Positions 10,816 through 24,800 of a stretch of 64,000 nucleotides of DNA are shown one piece after another (the stretch's first letter is position 1; each line of letters starts with the position of its first letter). The DNA comes from Vermamoeba vermiformis (lineage: Eukaryota): positions 496,001 to 560,000 of the forward strand of contig JBEWZL010000003.1 of NCBI GenBank assembly GCA_045837725.1, given 5' to 3'. A program made the position numbers and the translations under genes. The notes below the pieces were generated by a model, which saw only the letters and a program-made list of their open reading frames with translations, was not told where the DNA came from and did no database searches.

Positions 10816-13800
10816 TTATTTGTTGGCATTAACGAACATGGTGTGCACTCCCCACTTGGTGTTCTTCTTGAAGGAGTTAACTCCGGATTCGATTAAATTC
10901 TGGTACGATAGTTAGTAACGTTACTTAATAGCTCTTGTGTCATAGAGTCATACCTTGATTCTAGTTCTAGCATCGGCTTCGGACATTGTGATCATCAAGC
11001 TATCAGGGGACAAGAGGAAGTTTCGAAGTTTCTGTGTGTCCAGGTCCAGGCCATCGAACAAGATGCAGCACAAATTGGCAATGAGACCAGCGTTTCTGCA
11101 AGATACCTATTAGGTTAATATTACTTATAGATAGAGCACATTACCTGTGCAAGATAGTGAAGGCATCCGCGCAGATCTGCTTGAATTCCTCCCAGTCGTT
11201 GTCACCCAAGTTGAGCTTCATCTCCGTAGCAATCGCAAATCTGGGCGCATCAATGGTTGGCTTCTCATTGAACACTTTGCCGAAGTCAATGTGGAAGAAG
11301 AGGCAGTTGTTGCGCATCATCATGTTGTCTTGATGACGGTCACGAATGCCCAACACCCAGCCTGCCACGTAACTGCCCGCAGCAGAGCAGAACAGTGTTC
11401 TCTTTTCCTCGGGACTCAATGTCTTGATCTTGGTCCAGTCGAACGTCTGCAAGCTCTCGCAGGGCTGCACGAACTCTACGGCACCGATATCGAAGCCCAT
11501 CGGAATGATTTTGTATTGATAGATGAACGGGATCGATGGCATGTTGGAGTTCTTCCACAGCGTGTTGAAGACGAAGAACATCACTTGCACGAGCAGATCT
11601 TGTCGCAAGTCATCGCCCTTCTTGAAAATGAAGAAGTTGGGCTTCTTATCTGCGTTCTTGTACTTCATCTCCAACAATAACGGCTTGGCTTTTGACGAGA
11701 ACACCTTCTTCACCGTCACTTCAGTCACGACGTTGTTGCCACCTGATTCTTCTTCGTAAATAGGGTCGAGAATGTCCAAGTCCTTGATGACAGTGCCCTT
11801 CTCTGGTGGATTTCCGCTGGCGTTGTACAACTCACGGTAGAACTTGAGACTGTTCTGGAATCGCAACCCCGCGACCCATTCCAAATTAGGAAAGTCCTTG
11901 GCGCGAATCATGTTCGTCTCTTGCATCCAGAACGCAGTCTGAGCCAAGTACTGCGACTCTTTGACATGTGCTAACAGCGTTGAGATCAAGTGTTGCTGCG
12001 AGTCCTCGTTCAACTCTAGCTTCAAGCCATCAGCAAGCTGTTGTTTGCTGTGATTGAGAGTCTTGATGATCAACGGCAAGTACCACACGAGCTCGCTCTT
12101 AGGACACAAGCTCAAGTACTCCTCGTCAATCACGCGGAAGAAGTTCAATTTGTACAAGAACTGCAAGGCCGGTGTCAACATCTTGCCGGCCTTCTTGTGC
12201 TTGTGACGCTTCTTGCGCTTCTTTCTGACCTCACCGTCAAATTGATAGAACAGCACGTCACTGTCGTCGAATCGACAAAGTGTCTCGGCCGCTTGTTGAC
12301 GGATGTGTTGGTCGGATGAGCGCAGCAATCGTCGCAAATAGTCCGCCACTTTAACTTCAACCAACTCTGATTTCATCATGTGACAGATCTCAGCTGCAAA
12401 AGTTGATTAGAGTTACATGCCAGTCGTGCCATCATTCGCAGCTTACCGTTCGAGGCGAGGTCTCGGATGAACTTCAACGCGGCAGTTTGAATGATGTGAT
12501 GCGGAACATTGAGCAGGCGAATGACGTACTTGAGAATGCTCCAGCCACGTTGCAAGTCAGGCGAGAATCGCTTGTGTTTCTTGCTGTGCGTGAGTCTAGG
12601 ACTTTCAGTGTTCGTGTCCGAGGACTCATTGAGCTTGTCTCTGTTCTCTTCACTCTCAACGTGTGCTTTGAATTGTTGATCGAATTCCAACAAATATTTC
12701 TCCAGTTTTTCTAAAAGAATGTTAAATTACACGTGCCGTATTTAATATTAAGCTTACTCTGGTCGCCAAGTGCGTTCAATATTGGCAAAGCAATAGGCAG
12801 CAACTTGTTGAGTTTCAAGGGCACTTCAAGCCCTTCCATGGATCGCACGTACTCGGGCTGCACGCCAATCCATTCGAGAGTAACTACCGGGACCGCGGCA
12901 GGTGCTGATGCTCCCGAGATATTGGGTGAGTTCGATGGACTGGAAGAATTCGAGAATGAAGGACGAGTGCCGCGTACTGATCTCACTGACGGCGAGCCAA
13001 CACTATCCTTAGCCTTTTCATGCAATTAATTTAATACCAAGCAATACTAGCTAGTGAACTTACACTCAGGTCCACGGTCTTATTGAAGGATGAAATATCT
13101 TCGCCTGAAGGTGTTTTGAGTCTGTAAGGTGCTGCGTGATTGACAGGCGAGGTGAACAAGAATGAGTTGAGGATTTGTTCGTGGCTAGTGCACTGTGTTA
13201 GTACCACTCAAACACTCAATGAGCACAGTGACTTACATCAGCTTGCCAGTCAACAACTGTTTTTCAGTGCACAACAAGAATGGCACGAATGACTTGTCCG
13301 CGGGAGCTGTTTGCACCACTTGACAGAATTGGAACTTCTTTGCATCGTCATCGTGATCTTCGTGCACTTGATAGCTGAATAGGCGATTAATATACGATAA
13401 CATTAACAGTCATAGTCATACGCGACAATAATCTCATCGGCATCAGCGGGCACGAGACTCGTGGCTAATTGATCTGCAGCGTGCAATTTGACAATTTGAC
13501 CGTTCTTGACCGTTGTCAACACGATCTCTGCAGGTGTCAAGTGCACCAAGTAGGCCAAGTACTTGATCGTGTCGTACACTGTCACCATCTTGCTCAGTTC
13601 TACGCGCTGTGCGGACTTGTCGCGCTTGTTGTCCACGAACAGAACTGACAATGCCGTCGAGAATTCTAACAGCGAATAAATATTATTAACAAGATCGTGT
13701 AATTATGAAAGATTAATGCGTACCTCTGAACACTTTGCAAGCATAATCAATGGCAAATGTCTCCAGTTGCGCGGATCCGACTTGAGCCTTGTCGACGAGT

Positions 13801-14982
13801 CCCGGCAACAAATGCTCCTTAATCTCGTCAAAATATTTGCTGTAGTACCGTGTTAGGTATACGTAAATATGAGCAATCGCTACATACCGATCACTGTCGC
13901 TGAAAAATGGCCCGAAAGTCTGCAATTTGTTCGAAACTGCAGTCACGAGCTGCGGCACGTATTCTTTGAGGAATTGCGGCGATGAATGAACTTGATTCAT
14001 CTATAGTAATATCGTGTATTAATTAATGTGTCTCGAAGTGGTCTGGAATAATTTGCCTTACCGAAACCAGAACATGAATGATCGCATGAATAACAGGGAC
14101 ATTGATCTTGGATGATTCGTTCTCAATTATGTCCAATAAGTCCCAGTGTGCGTCACCGATATTAAATTCAATCTAAGGAACATAGCTTAGAATTAACGAA
14201 AATTAAATTTGTTAGATCGGGTAACTTACGAAAGAATAAATATCAATGTCCTCCGCTGATTCGGATGCATCTAATCGATCTGTATCGTCATAATTAAACA
14301 GTTTTGCGACAGCTTGAGCGAACTGTTTGCGTTCTTCTTCCGAATTTAGCTTTTCCGCATCCACGAGTGATTTAAACGAATTGTTGGAAAAGATGCTGCC
14401 GTAATAATAAGAAAATTGACGTAATATGATTGCGCGTACCTTCCAATCAGTTTGCAAGCCGATTGAGTAGTCTCATTCAATTTAGACTTGAGCGACATAA
14501 CCCGAAGCGCGCGTAGTGAGAAGCTGAGCGCTGCTTGCATTAATTCAAGCGACTTATCGCGACACCTATGTGCATATTAATTAATGGTGCATTATTGGCT
14601 CATTGGTTTTACTTACTCTTTGTTAGTCCACAGATTTGAAGTGTGAAAGACCTCAACCAAACATTCATTTAAAATTGTTTTAAGAAGATACTTGGTTCTA
14701 TCTATTTCTACTGTAGCCAAGAGAGATTTGATAAGTTCGTCCAATAAGGAATTAAATCGCGACGCATCTAAAAAAAGTCGTTAAAATTTTGACCTTAAAA
14801 TGGATGCTTTATTTTATCGGCAAAAAAAATATACATATTATCTTTATTTACGTACCAAGAGTCCCTCGTTTTTGCGTAAGAAATTTCAGGGATGTGTCCC
14901 AAAAGCTAATGAACTCGAGCTCTTTAGCGTTGGAGACAGACTTAGTTAATTGTCGTCGTTTACTTTGGCGAAGGTCAGCCAT
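10816..14982 (-). CDS. Phosphatidylinositol 3/4-kinase family protein with a long helical-repeat N-terminus (multi-exon)
   Basis: Kinase motifs FSSKAKPLLL, FKKGDDLRQDLLV, YVAGWVLGIRDRHQDN and FHIDFG. Helical-domain-like YLPLII..L and QTAFW. Upstream exons start at MADLRQSKRR (ATG 14982); stop after ...FVNANK. Confidence 0.88.
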
Positions 14983-15275
14983 TGCGCTTAGGTTCGATCT
15001 GCATCAAAATAGACAAAAAAGAAATCTCGGGCACTACCTCGCGCGTTTCATTTTCTTTCATTTCGCTTCCTAACAACACAACCTGCAAGGCACAACTAAG
15101 GCCCTCAATACTTTACTCGGGAATAGGAGCAGTGAATATGATTGGAAAAAGACAAATGGTAGCATGTCCCGTGCACAAGCTCCTCGTCGGGCACAAATTC
15201 AGGAAGGGACATTCTGCATTAGAAGTATAACTAGAAGCAAGAGCTCATTAGTTGCATTGTAATATAGTTAATACA

Positions 15276-16456
15276 ATGAGACCCATCAGCATCGCTATTA
15301 TTTTCGCCATACTGGTGACGCTCGCCAGCGCGTGGGGCACTACTGGCCATAAAACAGTTGGTAAGCATTCTAGATAATTAAACAATTTTTATTAGAATAT
15401 CAATAGTAACGACGTTATGCGATAGCTGCTCTCGCCGAAAGATTTCTCACCCCATCTGCTTCCAAAAATATCGCAACATGGCTGGGCAGTACAGACTCAA
15501 TGGTAAGCGTTGCCATTGAGCCTGATATTTATCGTTATGGAAATGGTAAATGGACTGCTTCATTTCATTACTGCAACCTGCCCCGTAAGTAGTGACATTT
15601 TTGTTATTAATCAAACAAAATTATTTGATTCCTTAACATGCATTAAATATTTAATATCAATCTGGATTTTTCTGAATGTGTTTGTTGTGACACTTAATTG
15701 ACGATCGGATTTGCTCCGCAACAGGTAGTGCAGTTAAGTTCACCATGCAAGAAGGCTGTCCTCATACCTGCGTCATCACTGCCATTAACAACTACACTGA
15801 CATCTTATTAAAGACCGCTGTATGTGCTTCAACTCTTTTCAAACCAGATCTGTTTTCTCACTTTCTCTTTTAGCCCTACCCTTATATAGTAAATAACTGG
15901 CAGCTTGACGAACCCTCGGCAGTGTCATTCTTGGTGCATTTCGTCGGTGACATCCATCAACCCTTGCACATCAGGTAAGTGGATCCATTGTTCATGAACG
16001 GGTCCATTAATCTCTAATTTATAGTTATTCCGACGATCTCGGAGGCAACTCGGTGAAAGTTAACTGGTTCAACAGCGGGACTAATCTGCACGCAGTGTGG
16101 GACGAAAAAATCATCAATCGGACCGGTAAGCAGTTCACACGTGTCATTGCGCGAACAGCATTAATGACTTACTAAATATAGGCATGTTCTGGCCCGAGTT
16201 GACGCAGTCACTTTGGGACTACCTATCGAAAAATCCTGGACTGGGTCCTAAATATGGCTCCGTGATGGATCCAATTGCGTGGGCTGACGAATCATTCCAG
16301 ATCACGCGTGAAGTCTACAAACAACTGCCACCTAAGCCTATTGATCTTGGTCAGGCTTATTTCGACGAATTCTATCCCGTAGTTCAGCAGCGATTGATTG
16401 CTGGTGGCATTCGATTGGGTCGCTTGTTGAATATGATCTTTTCAGGCCGAAAATAA
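15276..16456 (+). CDS. Secreted S1/P1 nuclease (multi-exon)
   Basis: Signal peptide followed by WGTTGHKTV. Zinc-ligand motifs FLVHFVGDIHQPLH, DLGGN, NLHAVWD, WADES and RLIAGGIRLGRLLN. Confidence 0.93.
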
Positions 16457-16547
16457 CCAAATTGAGCTCCAAGGAAAATTGTTCGTGTTATTTACATCTC
16501 AATTCGCAAGTAAATGTACATGAAATAAATGAAGGTTTTGATCTACA

Positions 16548-18519
16548 CTACGCACCGTCGAAAGTCAACAGCTGAATATAATTGCCTGGAATTTCACCGC
16601 GATTGCCTTTCAGTTCTGCAATCCACCACGATCCCTGCAACATCATTGTGTCAGTATCTGTTCTCAAATATAATTGTACGGCAAGTCTTACCTTAGCACT
16701 GAGCAGTGTCAAGACATCGCCCTTCACAAAGCTCAGTTCACTCGGCTCATTGGCTGTAAAGTCGTACAGTGCACGGGCCTGTATAGCACTGCTCGATTTG
16801 GGTGGAGAGGACGTTGCTGTTGAGGCACGCGGTGAGGTCTGTGGCGTCAAATGTGTCGGTGAGGTCGTGACGCTGTGGGACTGTTTGACACTTGCTTGTA
16901 GCGGTGGTGAGTCTGGTCGCCCAGCTGTGCCGTGGATATTAATTAGCATCGTTGTAATACATACCACGGATATGGGTGCAGCTTACGCAAATAATTCAAG
17001 GGCGGAACATTTGTGGGACTCGGCGGTGAAAATATCGCGTTAGGATTGGCGAGTGTCGGTGTGTAATTGAGTGGATTGTATGAACTGTGCGGACTCGTCT
17101 GTGCTGATGACGGTGATTGGACTGCACTGTGACCACTCTGCGTGAACGAGTTGGAGCGGTGATTGGTCAAGTGTCCCGGCCCTGGTGGATATGCCGTGCC
17201 GTTCACTGAATTGCCTCCGCCACTGCTGTTGTTGCTATGATTGCCCGAATTCCTCAAATTGCTTGTCACGGGCTGTGGTGTGCTCGACAATCTGCGGCGC
17301 GGTGAGCGCGGACTGGTGGAAGTCAATGGGGACTTGCTCGGGGCAACGGGTTCTGAAGGTCCGACTATTTCCATATTTAGCAATGTTAAATGGTTACTAT
17401 AATACTAAAATAGAAAATTATTCAACGTACACAAGAGTACCGAAGACATGGATTGATCTCCATTCTCGGCGTCTTCAAGTGATCTGCGCAAGTAGCTGAT
17501 ATAACCCTAGGAATACATACATATGTTAGTATTTAAATAATTTAGCCAACTTTCATACTTTTTGTAGCCTGTTTACGGATTCGGGCAGCAGCTGGTTAGC
17601 CTTAGTTTTTAACGATTGTACCATCGCGGTCAATTCAGTGCTTAGCTCTTTGTATTTCAACTCGGCCTCTTCAGCGCGCTAAGGTCATAATGTCAGATCT
17701 GGCGGATATTGCAGAAAATCTTGCTACGAAATTGTTTTGTGAATCGGAACGAGATACTCGGGTTAGATCCACAATACAATTTCAATCTTTGAGATTAATA
17801 TATTACCTTTTCCTTATTGTGCGATCTGTAATATGTTGCGTCGCTAATGGCTCGATTCGTCACTTTCTTATGATCTGCGATTGTTTTGAAGTACTGATTT
17901 TTGATGCCCTCCAAATCACACCGTACTTCTTTCAATAATTGACTCTAAATTTATAATAAGATTTTGTAATAAACGCCTGCAAACCGTGAGGCAGTAATAA
18001 ATTTTCGGTGGATCCGACAAAAAATTTAAATTTGTGCCGGCTACCTACCAGTTGCAAGTGATGTTGCCCGATAATCTTGAGCGTATCTCCGAATATTTTC
18101 ATGTAATTCGATAATATGGGATTGTCTATTGTCTTTTCGGCCAACAACAAAAATTCGGCTCCATTTTTTACCTCCTCATCTGCCATTGCTTTTCAAATAC
18201 GAAAGTTAATATGAATTTAATATGACCGAGAATCTACCTCTATTTGACTTTTCTAAAGCCTCCACGCAATTTGTCAGAAGCGGGATCTGCATTTTTGTGT
18301 GCTTAAAAAGCTGACAGATCAATTAGTGAAAGGACTAACGAACCACAAATATTATTATACTTACCGCAATATTTTTTTCTACTTCAGGTACGTGCTAAAA
18401 TTGAAAAGAATAAGTTAACTCCGAAAAACTGGGCAAGCAACACAGATCTAGCTATTTACCTTGAAGCCCTGAGACTTTTGCTTCAAATATTCGGCTTCTT
18501 TATTAATTTTTTTGAGCAT
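16548..18519 (-). CDS. BAR domain + Ser/Pro-rich linker + SH3 (endophilin-like), multi-exon
   Basis: C-terminal SH3: ARALYDFTANEPSELSFVKGD...WWIAELKGNRGEIPGNYIQLL. The N-terminus is helical and BAR-like (MLKKINKEAEYLKQK..., FGDTLKIIGQHH). Confidence 0.82.
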
Positions 18520-18676
18520 GGTCTGTGAGTGGTCTTTCTGCTCGAACAACAATGTCGAATGGAATAAAAGTTTCGATCCATTTTTTTCATGAACAAGGTG
18601 CGCTCACAATCTTCAATTTTAAATTAAATTTTACGAGGCACACCACAGGCCTTAGTATTACCATAACGAGGGGACT

Positions 18677-21600
18677 ATGTGGCAGCCGCTACGGTCGGAT
18701 GGGGGCGAAAATGCAGATGTCCCATCCAAGTCAAACACAAATAACAATTCAAACTTGTCAGACTCGCAAGGGCTAGACAATGTGATTATAGATGAAGGCT
18801 CGACAGATTTAACGGCGCCCACTTCACCAATAATCAACGTAGACTATGTCGGTAAGTGATCCGAAAATTAATTCTTTTTATTTCGCTTACGGACGCTTCT
18901 CACCGATTGATTTGAATAAAATATGATATTTGCATATTATTCTATGCGTATAAATAATTTTCCTAATTTTTGGAATTTTTTTTCGAAAGATCCATTTTGC
19001 GTGAAATTATACTGTCCTTTTAGGATACTCCCAGTTAATTATGCGTGCATTAAATATATCACATTTAGATTGGAAGAAGAAATTAGAGTCCCATACAAAT
19101 GAAGATTCTGACGACGAATTTGAGCCTCACAGAAGAATGCTAAAATATTACAATACAAACAATTTGCGTCCTAGTATTAATAGCTACGAGCCCAACGAAA
19201 CGAATAACATTAATCAGCTGATTACTAATGATAGCAGCATCACTAATTACGATCTATTGAGACGATCGCAAATTGTCGAATACGCGGCTGACACCAGCGT
19301 TGTCAAGTTAGAAAAGTAAGTGTTAGTATAATCAGTATAATTAACTTATTCAAGCATCAATCATTATTAAGGAATCGAATTTATGGCAATTTTCTGTAAT
19401 CTTCATTTCGAATTTGAAATTTTGCAATAATTAACCAACGACGGATCTGCTCTTGATAAGCATTTCAGAACGATTATTCTAATAGCGCCATTATATAGAA
19501 CCTATTGGCACATGAAACACCGACAGTGGCGCAGACTGTACCGCGCGAGTTACGGTCAAGCACGGCTGTTCACGTGGCACTGGTTCTTCATCTATTTGCT
19601 GCTGTTCCTCATCTACTTGGTGCTGCAAATATGGGTCTTTCCAGAGCACTATCGCGACAGCAGATTCATGCTCGAGACACTCTTGTTGGGCTTCATGTCC
19701 TTCGTGCTCGCAATTATCTCGCCGAGCCTGTCGTTCATGTGGCGCTTAGTGTTTCTCGAGGGCTACACCTTCTTTTACTTGTTCTTCATCAGCAACATGT
19801 ACAACAGACCGGACTGGTACATTCCCACCTGTCTCGCCATCGCTGGGCTCATTGCTCTCACCATTGTAAATTTTTTCGCATTTCCGCACATTTCGAGGTA
19901 CGTCCATATTAATTACTCCCTATACAATGCAAATATTAATGTGCATTCAGAATGTGGTATTACTGCACGGGAACACTGTATCCGAAGATTATTGTCAACA
20001 ACGACGCAGAAGGGTCCAAAAATCGCTATGAAATTGAACACCGCAATGTGTGGAGCAATTCTGTGGCCAAGTGCGTGTACGAGGGACCACTCGAGGACGG
20101 CAGACCCAACGGACTGGGCACGTGGATCGACACGAGCTATCAAGGCGAATTGTTGCACGGCTACTGGAAAGATGTACGTGCTATTGATATGACAGCAGGA
20201 CTGAGCTCTAATACTTCAATGCTACTCTAGGGTCGGCCAGTAGGGCCATTCGAGTCACTCGAGAATGACACGCGCAACATGCTCGTCAATCTGCGTGTCA
20301 TGTTTGCGACTAATGCTGGCGGACGATGGAGTTTGGACAGGTAAGAGCGAGCTCATCATATATATATTGAGCGCGTATTAACAGCTCTTTAGAATGCCGT
20401 TGAGTTACGGCGTGGCATCAGTCGAGTCGTGTGTCTCGGGCAATTTTTTCAAAGGCTATCCCATGGTGTACAAGCTGCACGGGCCCCGCGAGTGCATGTG
20501 TCTCGATGACAGGTGCACGTGCATTCAAGAATTCTTCAAGAACAAGTTGTACTTGCACGTGGACGATGAAAAGAAGTTGACATCTGTCACCATTTCCATC
20601 GACAAGAAATTGCGTGCTTTGAAAATGACTGGTTACTTGCCCAAACATTTGGTATGTTTAAAGCACGTTTGTGATATTTAAATACACAGCTAACAATTTA
20701 ATTAGAAAACACGCAAACAAGTGACGATAACATTGGAGCGCGATCACATTACCGACGAGAAACAAGACTACGTGCTGGCCGTGGACAAGAACTGGGTGCC
20801 CACTGATGTGAGTGAAGGACTGTTGTACATTCACGGCATTGATCACTCGCTCGATGACGCCATCAAGAGGTACGCCGTTCATATTCTCGTTGGACCAGAT
20901 ACTAATTCGAGTCCAGATTTGGTCAGTTCTTGGCTCTGGGAAGTTTCCCAGCGCACATCAAGCCATTTTTGTTCAACTGGCCGGGCTCGAGCCATCCAAT
21001 TTTCTATTGGTCCGCACAACGAGCAGCGTACGATACAGAGACGCACAAAGATCTGCGCACGTTCATTCAATCGCTGCACAACGCGGGCATCAGAACGCTG
21101 CACGTCATGTGTCACAGCATGGGCACGAGATTCTTTTTGAAAGCCTTTGAGAGCTTGAAAGATTTGTTCACGACTCACCGCGCCACGAATCTCACGCCCA
21201 GCAACAGTTTCTTGGACTTGCGTGAAGCTGCCATGCGCAAGACACTGAGCAGCACCATGCTGGCGAGTTCATTCGAGAGCAACGCCGCTGACCGCCAGAC
21301 CATTTCCATCAGCAATTTGATTCTGCTCAATCCTGACTACGAGGTGGAGCTGTTCAGAAATGACTACGCGCAGTTGATCAAGGTGAGTTAGGTGGTTGAA
21401 ATTGAAACAGATCGAAGTCTAACGGCCCCTTCAGTACTGTTCGAACATCACAGTCTACGCCGATCATCGTGACCAGGCACTGCGACTTTCAAAGCGATTG
21501 AATGGCGGCCTCAGTCTCGGCAGTCACAGTAAGTCCCTATCAACAGGGTGCATATTAACCACAGCACTAATGTCTCACAACAGTTGCCGCACTTCTCGAT

Positions 21601-21825
21601 GCTGAAGGCAATCGACTCGATGTAGATATTATTGACGCGAGTGACTTGGATCGCAACATGAGTTCAGGCTACCACAGCTACTTCAACATCAACCGCGTTA
21701 TGGTCGATGATTTGCACGAGCTCATCGTCACTGGCAAGCGTGCTGAGGACCGCACCACGCGATTGAAGCCTTCAGGGCCTGTGTGGCGATTCACTATCGT
21801 GCCGTCCTCCGTCGTGATTGTATAG
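18677..21825 (+). CDS. Membrane protein with several TM helices, MORN-like repeat(s) and a C-terminal DUF900-type alpha/beta hydrolase (multi-exon)
   Basis: Hydrophobic helices in 19512-19890. MORN-like YEGPLEDGRPNGLGTW..GELLHGYWKDG. Hydrolase motifs LLYIHG, FNWPG, HVMCHSMG (nucleophile elbow), LILLNPD, ITVYADHRDQAL and HSYFN. Confidence 0.8.
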
Positions 21826-21870
21826 TGTGTGGTGCAATTAAAATTTGCAAAACAAATTACAAAAGTTTTT

Positions 21871-24800
21871 TTACTGTTGAAGTTTACGCTGCGGCTCTAA
21901 CAGATTAAAATAGTGCTGAAAAGTTGTTTGCAGTGCTGATTGAATGCTCGCTAGTTTGTCAAATAGCTTGTTGCTCTCAAAGTCGCACAATTTCTTCTGC
22001 TGCTTGGACTCGAATAACACCGCATTTAAACTTTTCTTCAGTCCACTCCATTGCTTCACAGGCTTGCACCAAACATCTCTTTGCTTCGTTGCAAACAACA
22101 TTCCGCTGCCAACGAACACTGACTTGGCTTGACTCGGTTGACTTTTCAATATTTCAAGTAGCTGCCAATAGACTGATAGAGACTCGCTGGCCTTAGATTC
22201 GCGCAAGCACTCGTTGGCGATGCTGATGGTCACTAACTCCGAGAAATTCACAATCAATGGTTCACCTTTGACTGTGAATGAAAATTCCCATTCGTGACAG
22301 GGCAACATTGGCTGGTGGCTCAATAATTTGACTTTCTTCGCTAGCGGCAGTGCTTCAATGACCACAAAGATAATATTTTGATGATTGGCGCTGTCAATAA
22401 TGCTGCTCATGCCCGACCACAACTTGTCTTGCGAAGTGAACTGGGGCAATGACTGCATCAAAAACCATTTGTAGTTCGGCTTCCACTTCAACTTCAAAAT
22501 TTCCAGCGTGCCGTACGAAAAGAATTTTGAGTCAGTCTTCACGGGATTGAACGTGTACGTGTCAACAAAGTGAATGAACGGCGAGTCTTTTGACACTTCT
22601 TGCAGAATTTCTTGCGCTCGTGCAAGTGCGCGGGGTTGCGTTGGTGCTTTGCTTTCTGCTCGACCGAATTTGATGTTCGGAACGAGCTCCGCGCCGACAG
22701 TGCACACTTGAGGGACGTTCATAATGTTTGTGATCACGCCACCAATGTCGTTTTGAGCTTCGAGGCTGAAATGTCGGGTAATGTCTTCAGGGTGCAGTTG
22801 TCCCGCGGATACATTCATCCACAGTGCACGACGTATTTTAACATGGTCAACCCACGGCGTAAATGAGCCACTGGTAGAAATCAATGTTAGAATATAGGAA
22901 TGGTTGTAAGTGACTCACATTTCTTGTTGAAAACAGTCCCAAATAAAGCAGCGCATGTCAAGCGCACTGAACAATTGACTCCACGACACAAAGTCCTCGG
23001 GCTTGGTGTTCTCATCCACAAACAGCACCACATCAGCATCTTCAGCTCCTACACCACGACATTAAGGTACTTAATATTCGTGCCAGGAACGTACCTTCTA
23101 AGAAACTGTGCCACGACGGAATCTTTTGCACCTCACTTTGTTCGAATTGAATCAATTGATCAGCGAGATGCAACTCGATTTGATGCGTCATTCTTGCAGG
23201 AAATGTTAGTATTAATAACCATTATGGTGTTGAGGACGTACTTCTCGTATGTACACGCCACATCTTCGAGCTTCAGATTGAAATTGATGGTCTTGGACGA
23301 GTTCGGTGGCACTTTGCCGACATTAATCTCCCACACTTTGAAGCCGTTCTCTTGACTCACAGGGAAGGCATCAGGACACGTCAGACCAACGGGCAACTTC
23401 CACGTCAATTGATAGTCGAGGCCTGTTTCTTTTGCAGACCTGTTCGTGACCTCTATACTGAACTGCTTTGTCTCGTTGTCGCTCATTCGCAGCAATTGGT
23501 GTATAGTTCTGAAGGTCAATGGCCAAGTGTAATTAATGCTCGCAACTTGTCCCGAGGTCGCTAGTTCTCGTCCGTGCAGCGTCGAGGTGAAAACAATGTG
23601 ACATGTTGACAATTGCACACCAGGATCGGTCAGGGGCTGGACAGGCAAGGCGATCGAGATTGCTGGTTGAATCACAAAGCGCTCTTGTGGCGCGAGTTGC
23701 GGAATTTCGCCCAAAATAAATTCATTGAACGATTCACTGAATGAACATCGCAGCTCAGCACCAGCAGGCAATGTCAAGCCTCCCGTATTGCACACCGTGA
23801 CTTTAGTCAAAGTGAGCGTGTCACCAAATGAGATGTAACCATCGTTGTTGCCGTCAGTGACTTCGAGCTCCACGACAGTCACGTTGAACACTGAATGGCC
23901 CTGCTCGACCACTTGTCCGTCCTCGCTAAGCAAACAATACGTCACCAGACCTGAGGGTCCTGCTTTGCCTGCAATGCCATCGGCTCCTCTTTTGCCTAGT
24001 GACGATGTTAGAAGGAGCGTTACTAGCATATCTCTCGTACCGTTTGGTCCATCACGGCCGTTTGATCCTGGAGCACCGTCCTTGCCATCGGTTCCTGAAT
24101 TAAATTCATCGCCAGGAATTAAATAGCCTCGTCCTCCGCGGCCTCCAGCGCCACCTCTGCCACCTACATAATAATTTACATCAGACTATGCAATTACAGC
24201 ATGTTATGATGATAGGGTACCTAGACCGCCACGGCCCCCTTCGCCACCATGACCGCCGTCACCTGCCAGGCCACCATTGGATTGAACTGAAGAGACTAAA
24301 AAGGCGAGAGTACTGCGCGCACAAAGGATTATGTCACCTCCGCGACCTCCATCACCGCCCTGTTGTCGTTAAGTTAAGCCTTAATTACGTGCTAACTAAG
24401 CAGCACCTACATTGCCTCCGAATCCTCCATCACCACCAGCACTTCCGTCTTCACCAGGGCCACTGCGAGAGGTTAAAATCGCGTGACTTCTTCCAGTATA
24501 TGATGTTGAACATACCCGTCTTCGCCGTCTTCTCCATTGGGCCAATCACGTGTGCCTGAAGCACCATCTTGACCTGAAATCAAAGTTAAAATACCGCCAC
24601 TTCTAAGCAGCCAATTGTCGCGTACCATTTTCACCACGAGCACCGGTGCCTCCAACACCGCCGATACCACCTTGCAAGCACAATTAGCCTTCGTATTGGT
24701 ATAAAATTAATACCTTTGCCACCATTGCCTCCTCGTCCACCGAGTGCATAAATGTCAAGAATAGATGACTTGTCTAGTCGAAAAGCTGTTGCTGCTCTAC

